From NCBI GenBank assembly GCA_964354375.1, contig CAYGZQ010000002.1:44866-108865 (forward strand): 64,000 bases of DNA. The letters are read 5' to 3'. Source of the DNA: an uncultured Planctomycetota bacterium (GTDB taxonomy: Bacteria > JAJVIF01 > JAPKYR01). A program made the position numbers and the translations under genes. Of the stretch, positions 45,747-55,205 are shown one piece after another; positions within the stretch are counted from its first letter, which is position 1; every line of letters starts with the position of its first letter. Below the pieces are notes generated by a model. It did no database searches and was not told where the DNA came from. It saw only the letters and a program-made list of their open reading frames with translations.

Positions 45747-48524
45747 ATGAGCGAGAATCAAGACACGAGCGGGACGCCCGGGGGAGGTCCCCCAGAGGCA
45801 GTTCGCAAGATCCCCGATTTCACGCTATTCGTGGCAATCGATCTTGAGACTACGGGCCTGGACCCCGGCGAGGGCGAGATAATCGAGCTGGGGGCGGTTC
45901 GATTCGTCGACGGGAAAGAGTCGGATGCATTTCGCTCGCTTGTTAAACCGCAGGCGGGTTTCCCGGAGCGCAACCGCCGTCTCACCGGCATCGATCCCGC
46001 CGACCTCAGGGAGGCGCGTTCTCCAAAGGCCGCGCTGGAGGAATTCAAAGCTTTTCTGCGGGACGATCTTCTCGTGTCGCACAATGCGCCGTTCGACCTG
46101 AGTTTCCTTGCGACCCATCTCGGGAGGCACGGAATCGGACCGATCGAGAACCCGGCTCTATGCACACTTCATCTCGCGGCTTTCATGAATCCCGAGGCCG
46201 AGACGCTGCAGCTCGGCACGCTTGCGAAAAACCTCGGCGTGACGGTTATCGATCCTCATCGGGCCATGCAGGACGCCCGCATGGCGGGACGTGTGTTTCT
46301 CAGGCTGAAGGACGAGCTGGCGCGCTGGCCAGGCGTTTTCATTCGCCATCTCGCGGAATACCGGGGAAAGAGCATTGATCCTCTCTTTGACCTTCTGGAC
46401 TCGCTTGCAGGCGAAGGATCGCCGGAAGGCAATGCGTGGCGTCTGAGCGATGCGGTCCTGGGCCATCTGGCTGATCCCGAAATCCCCAGCGCACTTCCCC
46501 CGCTGCGAGTTCTCGCAGAGACTGAGGAGAGAAGAGAGACCGACGATCCGGCTCTCGCGGCCGAGGTCGCCCAAGCGTTTGGTCGTGGCGTGTTGACGCT
46601 TCTCGAGGACGCCCGTCCCGGCGCACCGCCGGTTTCCAGCTCGGTCCCTCCGAATGCGGCTGACATCCCGCGCTTTGTCGTGGGGATTCCCGATGAGAGC
46701 GCGCTTTCGACACTGCTGGGCTGGGACGACGGGGCCGACGGGGCCGATGATCCGAGTGGGCGATTCTACCTGGGATTGCGCAGCGAATACATATGCCTGA
46801 GGCGAGCGTTTGCCCCGGACGGACGTCCAGCCGGATGGCGCGAGCTGAGCCCGTACGAGCGTATCGTGCTCGCAAGATGGCTCGCGGGCACGCGTACCGG
46901 CCGGTTCGCGCGCGTGAACTGGTGGCTTCTCAACAACTACTCAGGTCTGAAAGGGCACCTCAACGCCCTGAGCGGCACCGAGGTCGAGTGCGTGGGTCCG
47001 GATGCTCCGCACGACGGGCCGTGCTTTGCGGAGAGGGCTCGGGAAATCGCTCGGTCGTCCGCCGGAGTGATTGTCCAGCAGAGGCATCTCTGCGCAAGGC
47101 CTCCAAGCTCACCGTCGTCCGAGCGGCTGCTCGACCCGTTCGATGCGTGCGTGATCGAGGGCGCGTCCCGGCTTGTGCACTCGGCGCGCGCAACCGAAAG
47201 CCGCGTGCTGGAGCTCGACTCGATCAAGCGACGGCTCACGCAGCTTAGCGAGTTCGCCGAGGGCGACGATACAGGCTTTGCGGATGCCTTGAACTCCGCC
47301 CTGTCCTCGATGAAAGACCTGCTGGAAGCGTGCAGGCGAACCATAGGTGCATTCCGCGACGCACGGTCGCGCGACAATCTCGGACCCATCACCGTGGACG
47401 ACGAATCATGGACCACCGACATCTTCAGCGAGCTTTCCGGCACCCTCCAGGTCGCTCAAGAGTCGCTTTACAAGGCCTCCGAAAGGATCGGCGAGATTCC
47501 CGCGTTAACTGAAGATGCGGCGGCGGTCGGCGTGATGCTGTCCAGGATCGCGGAGACGCTGAGGATGTTCAGAGAGGCGCAGGCTGTGTGGGCACTATCG
47601 CTGGAGGGTGCGCCCGCGCGAAATCCGAAGCGGATCACATTGCGACTGGAGCCTGTCGATGTCAGCGACGTAATCCGAAGGATCACGTCCGAAGCGAAGC
47701 TGGGCGTCATCGCGTCCGACCGGCAGTTGCGATACGCCGACTCGTTCGACCATCTTCGCTCGATGTGGGGATTGCAGGCCGATGTCGCGGTCACCGAGCG
47801 AGTTCTGACGGACCCGTCGCACATACCGCCCCCTCTGTTCCTGCCCGAGGATATCAACGCCCCGGCGGCGAGGTCGGGTCGGCGGTATCACTGGGAGAAG
47901 TACATGGAGCGCACCGCCAACCTCCTCAGGATGGTTGCCGATACGCTGGGGGGCAGGACCGTCGCAGCGTTCAGCGCGCACCACGAGCTGAGAAGGGTCC
48001 GCGAGCTTCTGGAACAGAACCCGCCAAGAGAGGCGATCGTTCTCGCGCAGTACATGGACGGCACGAAAAGCGCTCTCATCCGAGAATACCTCGCCAATCC
48101 AGCGACGCTGCTGCTGGGTGGAAGGAGTTTCCTTGACGGAGTCGATTTGCGTCCAGCCGGATTCACCGCGCTGATCCTGGTGAAGCTTCCGTTCGTGTCG
48201 CCGGAGGAGCCGCTGCATCGAGCGGCCCTGCGGCTGCAAGAGGCCCAGGGTCTGGACGGCATGACGTCCTATCTTGTTCCCCTTGCCGCCGAGACCTCCA
48301 ACAGGTGGATCGACAGCCTCATCAGCGGACCGATAACCTCTCCTGCGAACGCCGACAGCGACGCGTCCGCGGCGGAACCCGCAGGGGCAGTGATTCTTCT
48401 CGACCCCCGCGCCGTGCAAAACGAATGGGGAGACGAGCTGGTCTCGTCGCTCAATGCCCGCCCGGCGTACAGGCTTTCATTCCGCGAAATGCTCGCCAGG
48501 CTCAGCGAAATGGTCAGGGGATGA
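45747..48524 (+). CDS. DinG-family protein: N-terminal DEDDh 3'-5' exonuclease domain + degenerate helicase-like region with DinG-type C-terminal helicase domain
   Basis: Exo motifs FVAIDLETTGL, HNAPFDLSFL, HRAMQDARM. C-terminal LLLGGRSFLDGVDLRPAGFTALILVKLPFVSPEEP matches the DinG/XPD HD2 motif. No recognisable Walker A. Confidence 0.5.
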   Translation: MSENQDTSGTPGGGPPEAVRKIPDFTLFVAIDLETTGLDPGEGEIIELGAVRFVDGKESDAFRSLVKPQAGFPERNRRLTGIDPADLREARSPKAALEEFKAFLRDDLLVSHNAPFDLSFLATHLGRHGIGPIENPALCTLHLAAFMNPEAETLQLGTLAKNLGVTVIDPHRAMQDARMAGRVFLRLKDELARWPGVFIRHLAEYRGKSIDPLFDLLDSLAGEGSPEGNAWRLSDAVLGHLADPEIPSALPPLRVLAETEERRETDDPALAAEVAQAFGRGVLTLLEDARPGAPPVSSSVPPNAADIPRFVVGIPDESALSTLLGWDDGADGADDPSGRFYLGLRSEYICLRRAFAPDGRPAGWRELSPYERIVLARWLAGTRTGRFARVNWWLLNNYSGLKGHLNALSGTEVECVGPDAPHDGPCFAERAREIARSSAGVIVQQRHLCARPPSSPSSERLLDPFDACVIEGASRLVHSARATESRVLELDSIKRRLTQLSEFAEGDDTGFADALNSALSSMKDLLEACRRTIGAFRDARSRDNLGPITVDDESWTTDIFSELSGTLQVAQESLYKASERIGEIPALTEDAAAVGVMLSRIAETLRMFREAQAVWALSLEGAPARNPKRITLRLEPVDVSDVIRRITSEAKLGVIASDRQLRYADSFDHLRSMWGLQADVAVTERVLTDPSHIPPPLFLPEDINAPAARSGRRYHWEKYMERTANLLRMVADTLGGRTVAAFSAHHELRRVRELLEQNPPREAIVLAQYMDGTKSALIREYLANPATLLLGGRSFLDGVDLRPAGFTALILVKLPFVSPEEPLHRAALRLQEAQGLDGMTSYLVPLAAETSNRWIDSLISGPITSPANADSDASAAEPAGAVILLDPRAVQNEWGDELVSSLNARPAYRLSFREMLARLSEMVRG

Positions 48525-50214
48525 AAACGATCAGCCTTTCGTCCTGGTAGGCTACCTTGTACCCCGCGATGTCCCGGAAGAACTCGAGCGGCGGCACCTC
48601 CCAGTCGCCCACATCGAAGTGCTCGCCGAGCGACGTCTTAGCGGCCCACGGATGATACAGCACCATGTCGATCCCCAGGTCCTTCACAATCCGGGGATTC
48701 CAGTTGAAATCAAGAAAGAATTCCATCGCGCCGGGCGGAGGATAGGAGAGCTCTCCATCCATTGTGGGAATTTGATGGATCGTCTGCTGCAGGAGGAAGT
48801 GTCTTCGCTGGGGAAGCAGCGGATAATTGATAATCAGATCGGGGGGATTGGGGTCGCCGGTCGCGTCGGAGTAGATCTCTGCCAGGTTTTTCAGTGCGGG
48901 ATGACGATACTCATTTCCCGAGATCGGAATCGGCGCGACCGTTGTTTCCAGCACGATCAAAACCGGCAACAGCCACAGGAGGATCGCACGTCGCCATCCG
49001 GTCCGCCACACCGGCCCGAGTCCCGCGACCCATCCGGCCGCCCCGATTCCCAACGCCAGTGTAAACGGCCCGACAAACCTCGCCGGCACTCTGACCAGGT
49101 TCAGACCCGGGATCTCCGACCACAGTCTGAACGGTCCCCAAATCGGAACTGAGTGCCCGAACAACGGGATTTTCGGCTGCAAACTCAGGATCGTCAGGGT
49201 GGGTCCGAGCGCGAGAATGAAGAGGATCAATCCGAGCCAGCACCATGCGCGGGTCGTGGGATTGCGCCGGAACCACGAGAGGAACCCAAGCACGATCGCG
49301 ATCATTCCAAGCGACGCCACTCCCTCCGTCGCGTTGCCCGGGATGGTCGCAGCCAGCGGTTTCGAGAGCGCTCCAAGGAATGGATGGTCCGGCGGTGGAA
49401 GAACGGCCCATGTGGGATCGAGAACATACATCTTGCCCATCTCCACCTGCCACGCGGTCCCCAGGATACGCGATTCGTCCCAGGCCGCGATAATAAGCGG
49501 GCTCAGAATCAGAGTCGCCGCCAGCCAGGGCAGAATCGCCCTCGTCCAGCGCTGCATGCCGCCGAGGTGGTCTCTCAGGCCAAATTGTCCAATCAACATC
49601 AGGCCAAAGAACACGACTGCAGAGAACGCCAGTTGGTACCAGTGCGACAGAGCGGCGGCAAGGAGCATCAGAATCGACAGGACGCCGTCCCGCCATCCGC
49701 CGTCGCGCGTGAACTTGAGCAGGTAATAGACGCTGAGCGGGAGCCATCCGCTCGATACCGTGCCGAGCTGCGAGAGGTGCATTGCGTGATACACGCTGAA
49801 ACCATAGATAACGCCTGCGATCACACTCGCGGGACGGTTCCCGGTCAGGTACCAGGCGAGTATGTATGCTCCCCACGCTCCCAGAACATAATGGAAGATT
49901 ATGAGCAGATTGTATGACGCGAAATCCCCGACAAACGGAATCAACAGCTCCTGGATGAACGAGTTGAGCGGGCTCAGGTCATGGAGGATGAGCGATGTAC
50001 CTACGGGAGCGTACTGGCAGGGGGTCCACCAGACCGACAGATTGGGATCCGCGAGCGCTTTCCGGAACCACCATCCGTTCCAGATGAACTGGAACGCATC
50101 GCCGCCGTACGGAATCCCCTGATTGAACCTGAGCGCGAGCGGCCACGTGACCGCGATCGCGGCGACGACGAAGGACAGAAGGACGCAAAGGTGCGATCTA
50201 TTGTGGGGGTTCAT
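48514..50214 (-). CDS. Polytopic integral membrane protein, putative GT-C-type glycosyltransferase
   Basis: At least 12 predicted TM segments with a large periplasmic C-terminal domain. The assignment rests on topology only. Confidence 0.35.
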   Translation of the reverse strand: MNPHNRSHLCVLLSFVVAAIAVTWPLALRFNQGIPYGGDAFQFIWNGWWFRKALADPNLSVWWTPCQYAPVGTSLILHDLSPLNSFIQELLIPFVGDFASYNLLIIFHYVLGAWGAYILAWYLTGNRPASVIAGVIYGFSVYHAMHLSQLGTVSSGWLPLSVYYLLKFTRDGGWRDGVLSILMLLAAALSHWYQLAFSAVVFFGLMLIGQFGLRDHLGGMQRWTRAILPWLAATLILSPLIIAAWDESRILGTAWQVEMGKMYVLDPTWAVLPPPDHPFLGALSKPLAATIPGNATEGVASLGMIAIVLGFLSWFRRNPTTRAWCWLGLILFILALGPTLTILSLQPKIPLFGHSVPIWGPFRLWSEIPGLNLVRVPARFVGPFTLALGIGAAGWVAGLGPVWRTGWRRAILLWLLPVLIVLETTVAPIPISGNEYRHPALKNLAEIYSDATGDPNPPDLIINYPLLPQRRHFLLQQTIHQIPTMDGELSYPPPGAMEFFLDFNWNPRIVKDLGIDMVLYHPWAAKTSLGEHFDVGDWEVPPLEFFRDIAGYKVAYQDERLIVFIP

Positions 50215-50257
50215 GAATCCAAGCCGGGGAGATTATAGCATTCGTCGCGCGGGGAAT

Positions 50258-51019
50258 TCAGAAGTAGACATTCATCTCGGCATATCCATCCCATGTATCG
50301 TCGTGCTCGACCCACGGGCACGGCCCGCCGGTCATTTCGATCATCTCGCCGACGGTAACGATCGTGTAGCCGCGCTCTCTCAGGCGATTGACGATGGACG
50401 GGAGCGCCCTCCGTGTATTGTCCACCCCGTCATGAAGCAGGATAATCGCGCCGGGACTGACCCGGGTCACCACGCGGCTGTAGATATCGGAGCTCGAGAT
50501 ACCCTTGTAGTCCGACGTGTTGACGCTCCAGAGAACGGTCACCATCTCCCTTGCATAGGCCTCGTCGCTGACTCGCAAGTCGTAGTGTCCGCCCGGGGGC
50601 CGGAAGAGATGCGGGATGACTCCGGTCAATGTCTGGATCAGCTCGTTCGTCGAGTCCAGTTCGTCGGCCAGGGTCGCATCGCTCACCTTCGTCACGTTGG
50701 GATGGTTGTAGGTGTGGTTGCCGATCTCGTGACCGGCGTTCACTATGTCCTGAAGGAGGCTTGGACGCCAGGAGGCGAATTCGCCCTCGACGAAAAAGGT
50801 CGCCCTGACGTCCAGACTGTCGAGAACGGCAAGCAACTCGCCAGTGTCCGGAGTGGGGGCGTCATCGAACGTGATAGCCACGTAACGTCCGTCGCCGGGA
50901 CCCTGCCTGTAAACGTGGGGCCATTCGAGGCCGTCCTGCGCCAGGCTTACAGAAGCTGGGTCTCCGATCAAAGCGATCAGAAACCCAAGGAAGCCGAGCA
51001 TTGCGATTCGAAGTGTCAT
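50258..51019 (-). CDS. Polysaccharide deacetylase (NodB homology / CE4 family), secreted
   Basis: FDDAP, HTYNHP, FRPPGG motifs. Signal peptide. Confidence 0.75.
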   Translation of the reverse strand: MTLRIAMLGFLGFLIALIGDPASVSLAQDGLEWPHVYRQGPGDGRYVAITFDDAPTPDTGELLAVLDSLDVRATFFVEGEFASWRPSLLQDIVNAGHEIGNHTYNHPNVTKVSDATLADELDSTNELIQTLTGVIPHLFRPPGGHYDLRVSDEAYAREMVTVLWSVNTSDYKGISSSDIYSRVVTRVSPGAIILLHDGVDNTRRALPSIVNRLRERGYTIVTVGEMIEMTGGPCPWVEHDDTWDGYAEMNVYF

Positions 51020-51062
51020 TTTCCCTCGGTACAAGTAGGGGCACGGCATGCCGTGCCCTACA

Positions 51063-51878
51063 TTATGCATTTTTCTCGGCTCTTAGCATCCTCGAGAGGG
51101 TCGCGAAGCCCTCGACCGTCACTTCCTGCGCGCGCGCGGATGGGCTGACCCCCATGCGTTGAATGATGTCCTCGATTTTCGCCGCCGGCATTTCCGGGAA
51201 TCCGGCGTGCAGATTGTTCTTGAGCGTCTTACGTCTCATGTGAAAGGCAACCTGCACCGTCCGCTCGAAGGTGTCGACAAGATCCGGCTCGACCAGCGGC
51301 GTCTTGCGGGGGGTCATCCTGATGAGCGTGCTCGTCACCTTCGGAGGCGGCTTGAACGCATCGGGAGGAATGTTGAACAGGATTTCGGTTTCGAGAAATG
51401 CGCCCAGTGAGACCGACAGCCGACCGTAGCTGTGATCGGACGGTTTCGACGCTATTCTCTGGGCGACCTCTTTCTGAATCAGGAGAATCGCTCGCCGGAA
51501 ATCGAGCCCGCTGTAGGCCAGCCTGAGGAGCAGAGGAGAGGTGATGTAGTACGGCAGATTCCCGGTGATGACGAGCGGCTCGACAGGTTCGAGGCCGAGT
51601 GCGGTCCGATCCCACTCGATCTTCAGCGCGTCCGCCTCGCGGACTTCGACATTCCCTCCCCAGGACGGCGCGAATTTCCTGAGATGCTCCGCCCATCCGG
51701 AATCGATCTCAAAGACGATGAGGCGTTTGCATCGGGACGCGATGACGCGCGTGAGTGCGCCCCTGCCGCCGCCGATCTCGACGCAGGCTTCCTCCTCGCG
51801 AAGCTCGATCGCGTCGGCGATTCGGCCGGTCGCGCGCTTGTCCACAAGCCAGTGTTGTCCCAGTTTCGCCCGAGTCAT
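51063..51878 (-). CDS. rsmA: 16S rRNA (adenine1518/1519-N6)-dimethyltransferase
   Basis: GQHWL, EIGGGRGALT, NLPY motifs. Confidence 0.85.
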   Translation of the reverse strand: MTRAKLGQHWLVDKRATGRIADAIELREEEACVEIGGGRGALTRVIASRCKRLIVFEIDSGWAEHLRKFAPSWGGNVEVREADALKIEWDRTALGLEPVEPLVITGNLPYYITSPLLLRLAYSGLDFRRAILLIQKEVAQRIASKPSDHSYGRLSVSLGAFLETEILFNIPPDAFKPPPKVTSTLIRMTPRKTPLVEPDLVDTFERTVQVAFHMRRKTLKNNLHAGFPEMPAAKIEDIIQRMGVSPSARAQEVTVEGFATLSRMLRAEKNA

Positions 51879-51950
51879 TGATCGAAAGCATATCACGTCC
51901 CCGACATGCGGGACACACTAGCCAGGTGCCGCCTATCCGAGCCGTGTGGC

Positions 51951-52050
51951 ACCCTTAAGAATCGTCCTCGATTCTTAAGGGTGCTGCTATGGAACGAGGC
52001 ATATCAAAGCCACCCATAAGAGGCCGGGAAGCCTCTTATGGGTGCCACCC
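51951..52050. repeat. Two adjacent REP-like hairpins with GTGGCACCC bases (GCACCCTTAAGAATCG/CGATTCTTAAGGGTGC and GCCACCCATAAGAGGC/GCCTCTTATGGGTGCCACC)
   Basis: Seen directly, immediately upstream of the AT-rich island. Confidence 0.65.
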
Positions 52051-52201
52051 CAGCTTTCGTATGCTAGACTGAATGGCACCAAGAACCGTCCTCGGCGTGC
52101 CGGCGGAGCACCACTGCTTCACAGACGAGGAGCTGAACTTCATCGTCAACTATGACATCAAGTACCGGGTGGGGAGACGGTCGGGGGAGGAAGAAAAACG
52201 A

Positions 52202-52921
52202 GTGACTGCCAAATTGCTGTATAACATATACTGCGACGAGAGCTGCCATCTGGAATCTACTGACGCTTATGGAATGGTTATCGGCGCGATATGGTGCCCA
52301 ATCAACAGTTCCAGGGCTATAGCTGATGAGGTGCGCGAACTTAAGACAAAACACGGAATGGGTGTAAGGCGCGAGATAAAGTGGACTGGATTATCATCCG
52401 CGAAACTGCACTTTTATCTGGAGGTGTTGGATTACTTTTTCAAGAGGGACGACCTCAATTTCAGAGCTATTGTCATTCCTGATAAAGGAATTCTGGACCA
52501 CAAAGCATTTAATCAGGAGCACGGGACCTGGTATTACAAGATGTTCTATGACCTTCTAAAGATGCTGTTTGTTCCGAACTCATCATACAGGATATTTCTA
52601 GATGTAAAGGACACACATTCAGGATACCGGGCAGAGCAACTGCGAGGGATTCTGGAACGTCGCGCAAACCAAATGGAGAACTGTGTTATTGAGCTTATTC
52701 AGAATGTCCGTTCTCACGAAGTCCAGCAGATTCAGCTTGTTGATTTGTTGATCGGTGCAATCAGTTACGCCAGCCGCGGTCTGAAATCAAGCGATGCCAA
52801 ACTTGAGTTTGTTACCCGTTTCGAAAGATTGGTGGGAGGGTCAATAATAAATACAACACCGGCATCCCGAACAAAGGTAAACATTCTTAGATGGGATCCT
52901 GATCGGGGGCGGCAAAGCTGA
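52202..52921 (+). CDS. DUF3800-family protein (low-GC island gene 1)
   Basis: N-terminal NIYCDESCH motif characteristic of DUF3800. GTG start after a GGGAGGAAG RBS. Local GC is about 45%. Confidence 0.6.
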   Translation: MTAKLLYNIYCDESCHLESTDAYGMVIGAIWCPINSSRAIADEVRELKTKHGMGVRREIKWTGLSSAKLHFYLEVLDYFFKRDDLNFRAIVIPDKGILDHKAFNQEHGTWYYKMFYDLLKMLFVPNSSYRIFLDVKDTHSGYRAEQLRGILERRANQMENCVIELIQNVRSHEVQQIQLVDLLIGAISYASRGLKSSDAKLEFVTRFERLVGGSIINTTPASRTKVNILRWDPDRGRQS

Positions 52922-52922
52922 T

Positions 52923-53399
52923 ATGGATTGGCTGCCACCACTGGTACATATTAATGAAACTGGTGGAAATGTCGCTCAATATTACGAGCTGCTATATCGG
53001 CACTATCTAAATGACCTTGTATATGATCCACCGGAATTTGAGGGTACTCAGATCAGAACCATGGTAAATCCGTTGAAACAGGAAAAGGAAGCAGGATTCT
53101 GGCATATCCTAGAAGGTGGGAACGAACATGTTCTCGATGATTCACTGAGGCGTCATGAGAGAATTCGATGGGTAAGACCTATCATTCAGGCTGTTGGCAC
53201 AAAGGAGGTTCTGATGTGGAAAAGGCCTGTGAGGGAAGGTGTCACAAAACCACATGTTGTTCTTCCAGATTTCAGTTATATCGTTATTCTTCAAGAAGGC
53301 AAGGTGGCAGTAACTCTCATAACGGCTTTCCCAGTGGATCGTGCGAGGAGGAGACAAGACTATCGTAAGGAATGGGAGAGATGTCAACAGGGAGTCTAA
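52923..53399 (+). CDS. Hypothetical protein (low-GC island gene 2), translationally coupled to the DUF3800 gene
   Basis: ATG 1 nt after the upstream stop. 158 aa, no recognised domain. Confidence 0.5.
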   Translation: MDWLPPLVHINETGGNVAQYYELLYRHYLNDLVYDPPEFEGTQIRTMVNPLKQEKEAGFWHILEGGNEHVLDDSLRRHERIRWVRPIIQAVGTKEVLMWKRPVREGVTKPHVVLPDFSYIVILQEGKVAVTLITAFPVDRARRRQDYRKEWERCQQGV

Positions 53400-53587
53400 A
53401 AAAGCAATGCCGCCGAAGCGACATTTAAGCTGTGCTTACAACATGGTAAGTCAGCAATGTTCTTATACCACAAACCAGGCTGTTTGTCAAGAGAGGAAAG
53501 GTCTGCTAACAGGTTGGAAATCCAAGCCCGTCATCGAGCACATCGAGTGGGTGCCACCCGACCACGTTGTTGCCGTTATGCGGGACT

Positions 53588-53670
53588 TCAATAGTCCGCC
53601 CGGATTCGTGCGTAGAAGGGCTGCGGCGGGAACGGATAACCTCTCCAGAAGGCGATGGTGCTCGTGTCGC
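53588..53670. repeat. 83-bp direct repeat copy A (duplicate of the 3' end of lipoprotein gene D, 1 mismatch)
   Basis: Identical except one C/T to 55206-55288. Encodes ...TIAFWRGYPFPPQPFYARIRADY-stop on the minus strand. Confidence 0.8.
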
Positions 53671-53687
53671 CGGCCGGCAGGCGGCGG

Positions 53688-54188
53688 TTACAAATCCGAG
53701 AATCGGTCGTCTGCGACGGTCCGGTCCACCGGTGAGCTGTCGAGCCAGCCGCTGTGGCTTTCGGGAAAAGCATCAAACCGGGGGCAGTAGGGTTTGATGT
53801 CGAGAAGCGGTGTCCCATCCACAACATCGATTCCGGCCACATGAAGCCGACCGCCGTCGATCCGCAGAAGGCGCACGGCGGACAAGCCGATGGGATTTGG
53901 ACGGCATGGTGCGCGAGTGGCGAACAGGCCGCGCTCCCGGACTTCCCGGAAGGGCTGGACCAGAAGTCGCGATCGTGGAGCGCGGTGGAGCCAGTAAACA
54001 AGCCAGACGCGTTCAAAGCCCTCCAGGTCCTGAAGCCCTGCCAGGTACTCCGGGAACACCTCTACGATGCCCTCTGTGTCGCCTGCATATACCGGCTGGA
54101 TGGGGACGCTCTCTATCTCCTTGAAAGGCGAATGAATTACGCCGATGGCCTTAAGCTCCGGAATTCTCTCTGAGTGGCGTTCAGTCAT
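53688..54188 (-). CDS. tsaA: tRNA (adenine37-N6)-methyltransferase TsaA/TrmO (YaeB family)
   Basis: IGVIHSPF...ERVWLVYWLH...RPNPIGLS..L..I.G..L.V.G.D.VDGTPLLDIKPY hallmark blocks. ATG at 54188. Confidence 0.75.
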   Translation of the reverse strand: MTERHSERIPELKAIGVIHSPFKEIESVPIQPVYAGDTEGIVEVFPEYLAGLQDLEGFERVWLVYWLHRAPRSRLLVQPFREVRERGLFATRAPCRPNPIGLSAVRLLRIDGGRLHVAGIDVVDGTPLLDIKPYCPRFDAFPESHSGWLDSSPVDRTVADDRFSDL

Positions 54189-54585
54189 GGTGACAACACT
54201 CACCGGTCGTGCTGCGGGTGGCAAGGTCACCCCGATAGTATGCAAGCGCCGCCGCTTCCGGATCCATTGGCTCGGACAGGATGAGGGCCCTGATCCCGGA
54301 AGATTCCAGGGCGGCAACGGCCCGCGGTCCCATACCGAGGCAGATGACCGCCTCGCAATCGGCGAGCATTGCCATACGATCCTGGTGGCCATGTTCCGTC
54401 TTACCATGGCAGTTGCGCTCACCGTGTCCGTGCTCGCCCTTGCCGTCGCCGCACGAGCCAGCAGCCCGGCGCACTTCGCGATGCGACACCTTGCCGTCCT
54501 CGACCTCGAGAACAAGGAAACCGTCGCAATGGCCGAAGTGCGCCGCGATGCTTCTGCCGTCATCCGTAGCACACGCTAGCTTCAT
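54181..54585 (-). CDS. NifX/NifB-type dinitrogenase FeMo-cofactor-binding-domain protein with His-rich insert
   Basis: MKLACATDDGRSIAAHFGHCDGFLVLEV typical of the NifX-NifB (PF02579-like) fold. Insert GDGKGEHGHGERNCHGKTEHGHQD. Confidence 0.65.
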   Translation of the reverse strand: MKLACATDDGRSIAAHFGHCDGFLVLEVEDGKVSHREVRRAAGSCGDGKGEHGHGERNCHGKTEHGHQDRMAMLADCEAVICLGMGPRAVAALESSGIRALILSEPMDPEAAALAYYRGDLATRSTTGECCHHD

Positions 54586-55121
54586 TTGGATTCACTCCCG
54601 GTCGGTGTTGGGCTGTCCTTGGACGTGCGACGGGGGGTCGCCCGACCGCCGCCCTTGCGGCTGCAGCCCTGACCGCGCCCTCCCGGGCCACCGTGACGCG
54701 CCCGGCCGCGGTCCTCTTCCGCACGGTGCAGATTCTTTCCGCTGCATTGGGGGCATTCGCGGGGTCTCCCGGTGCCGTGCGGAATCTCCCACGTGTGTTG
54801 ACAGTCCGAGCAACGGAAACGTCTCATAGTCGTGAGCATGATGTTTCCTCCTTCCAGTTTGAGCGCCTTGCCTTTCACAACGGCCTCGGCGACCTTTCGC
54901 CGAGCGGACTCGATCAACCGAGTGAAAGTGGGGCGTGATATGTTCATTTTACCGGCCGCCTCCTCCTGGTACAGGCCTTCAAGGTCGGCCAGCCGTATCG
55001 CCTCCAGTTCATCGAGCCCCAGGACGACTTCCTCAAGGGCCGTCATTGGCACGCCCCGGGGCTTGAAGTAGACGCACACGGGCTGATAGGCGATTCGACG
55101 GCAGCAAGGCGGACGAGGCAT
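54582..55121 (-). CDS. DUF134/UPF0251-family protein with C-terminal zinc ribbon
   Basis: MPRPPCCRRIAYQPVCVYFKPRGVP...LEAIRLADLEGLYQEEAAGKMNISRPTFTRL. CxxC...CxxC at the C-terminus. ATGA overlap with the downstream gene. Confidence 0.7.
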   Translation of the reverse strand: MPRPPCCRRIAYQPVCVYFKPRGVPMTALEEVVLGLDELEAIRLADLEGLYQEEAAGKMNISRPTFTRLIESARRKVAEAVVKGKALKLEGGNIMLTTMRRFRCSDCQHTWEIPHGTGRPRECPQCSGKNLHRAEEDRGRARHGGPGGRGQGCSRKGGGRATPRRTSKDSPTPTGSESK

Positions 55122-55205
55122 ATGCTATCTTCTCACTACCCCACATTATGAACAAAAGTTCAAAATAGTCAAGCCCGAAATTGCACTTTCGCCGACAAAC
55201 AACAC

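Noticed and set aside
46937-50238. ORFs antisense to the DinG-like gene (46937-47443, 47595-48419) and to the membrane glycosyltransferase-like gene (48454-49152, 49153-49917, 49981-50238)
   Set aside because: Shadow ORFs in high-GC coding DNA.
50123-51148. 341-aa plus-strand ORF
   Set aside because: Antisense to the polysaccharide deacetylase gene.
53588-54016. 142-aa minus-strand ORF ending ...FYARIRADY
   Set aside because: Only its last 27 codons are meaningful: they are the duplicated 3' end of lipoprotein D. The rest overlaps tsaA in another frame. It is reported as a repeat, not a gene.
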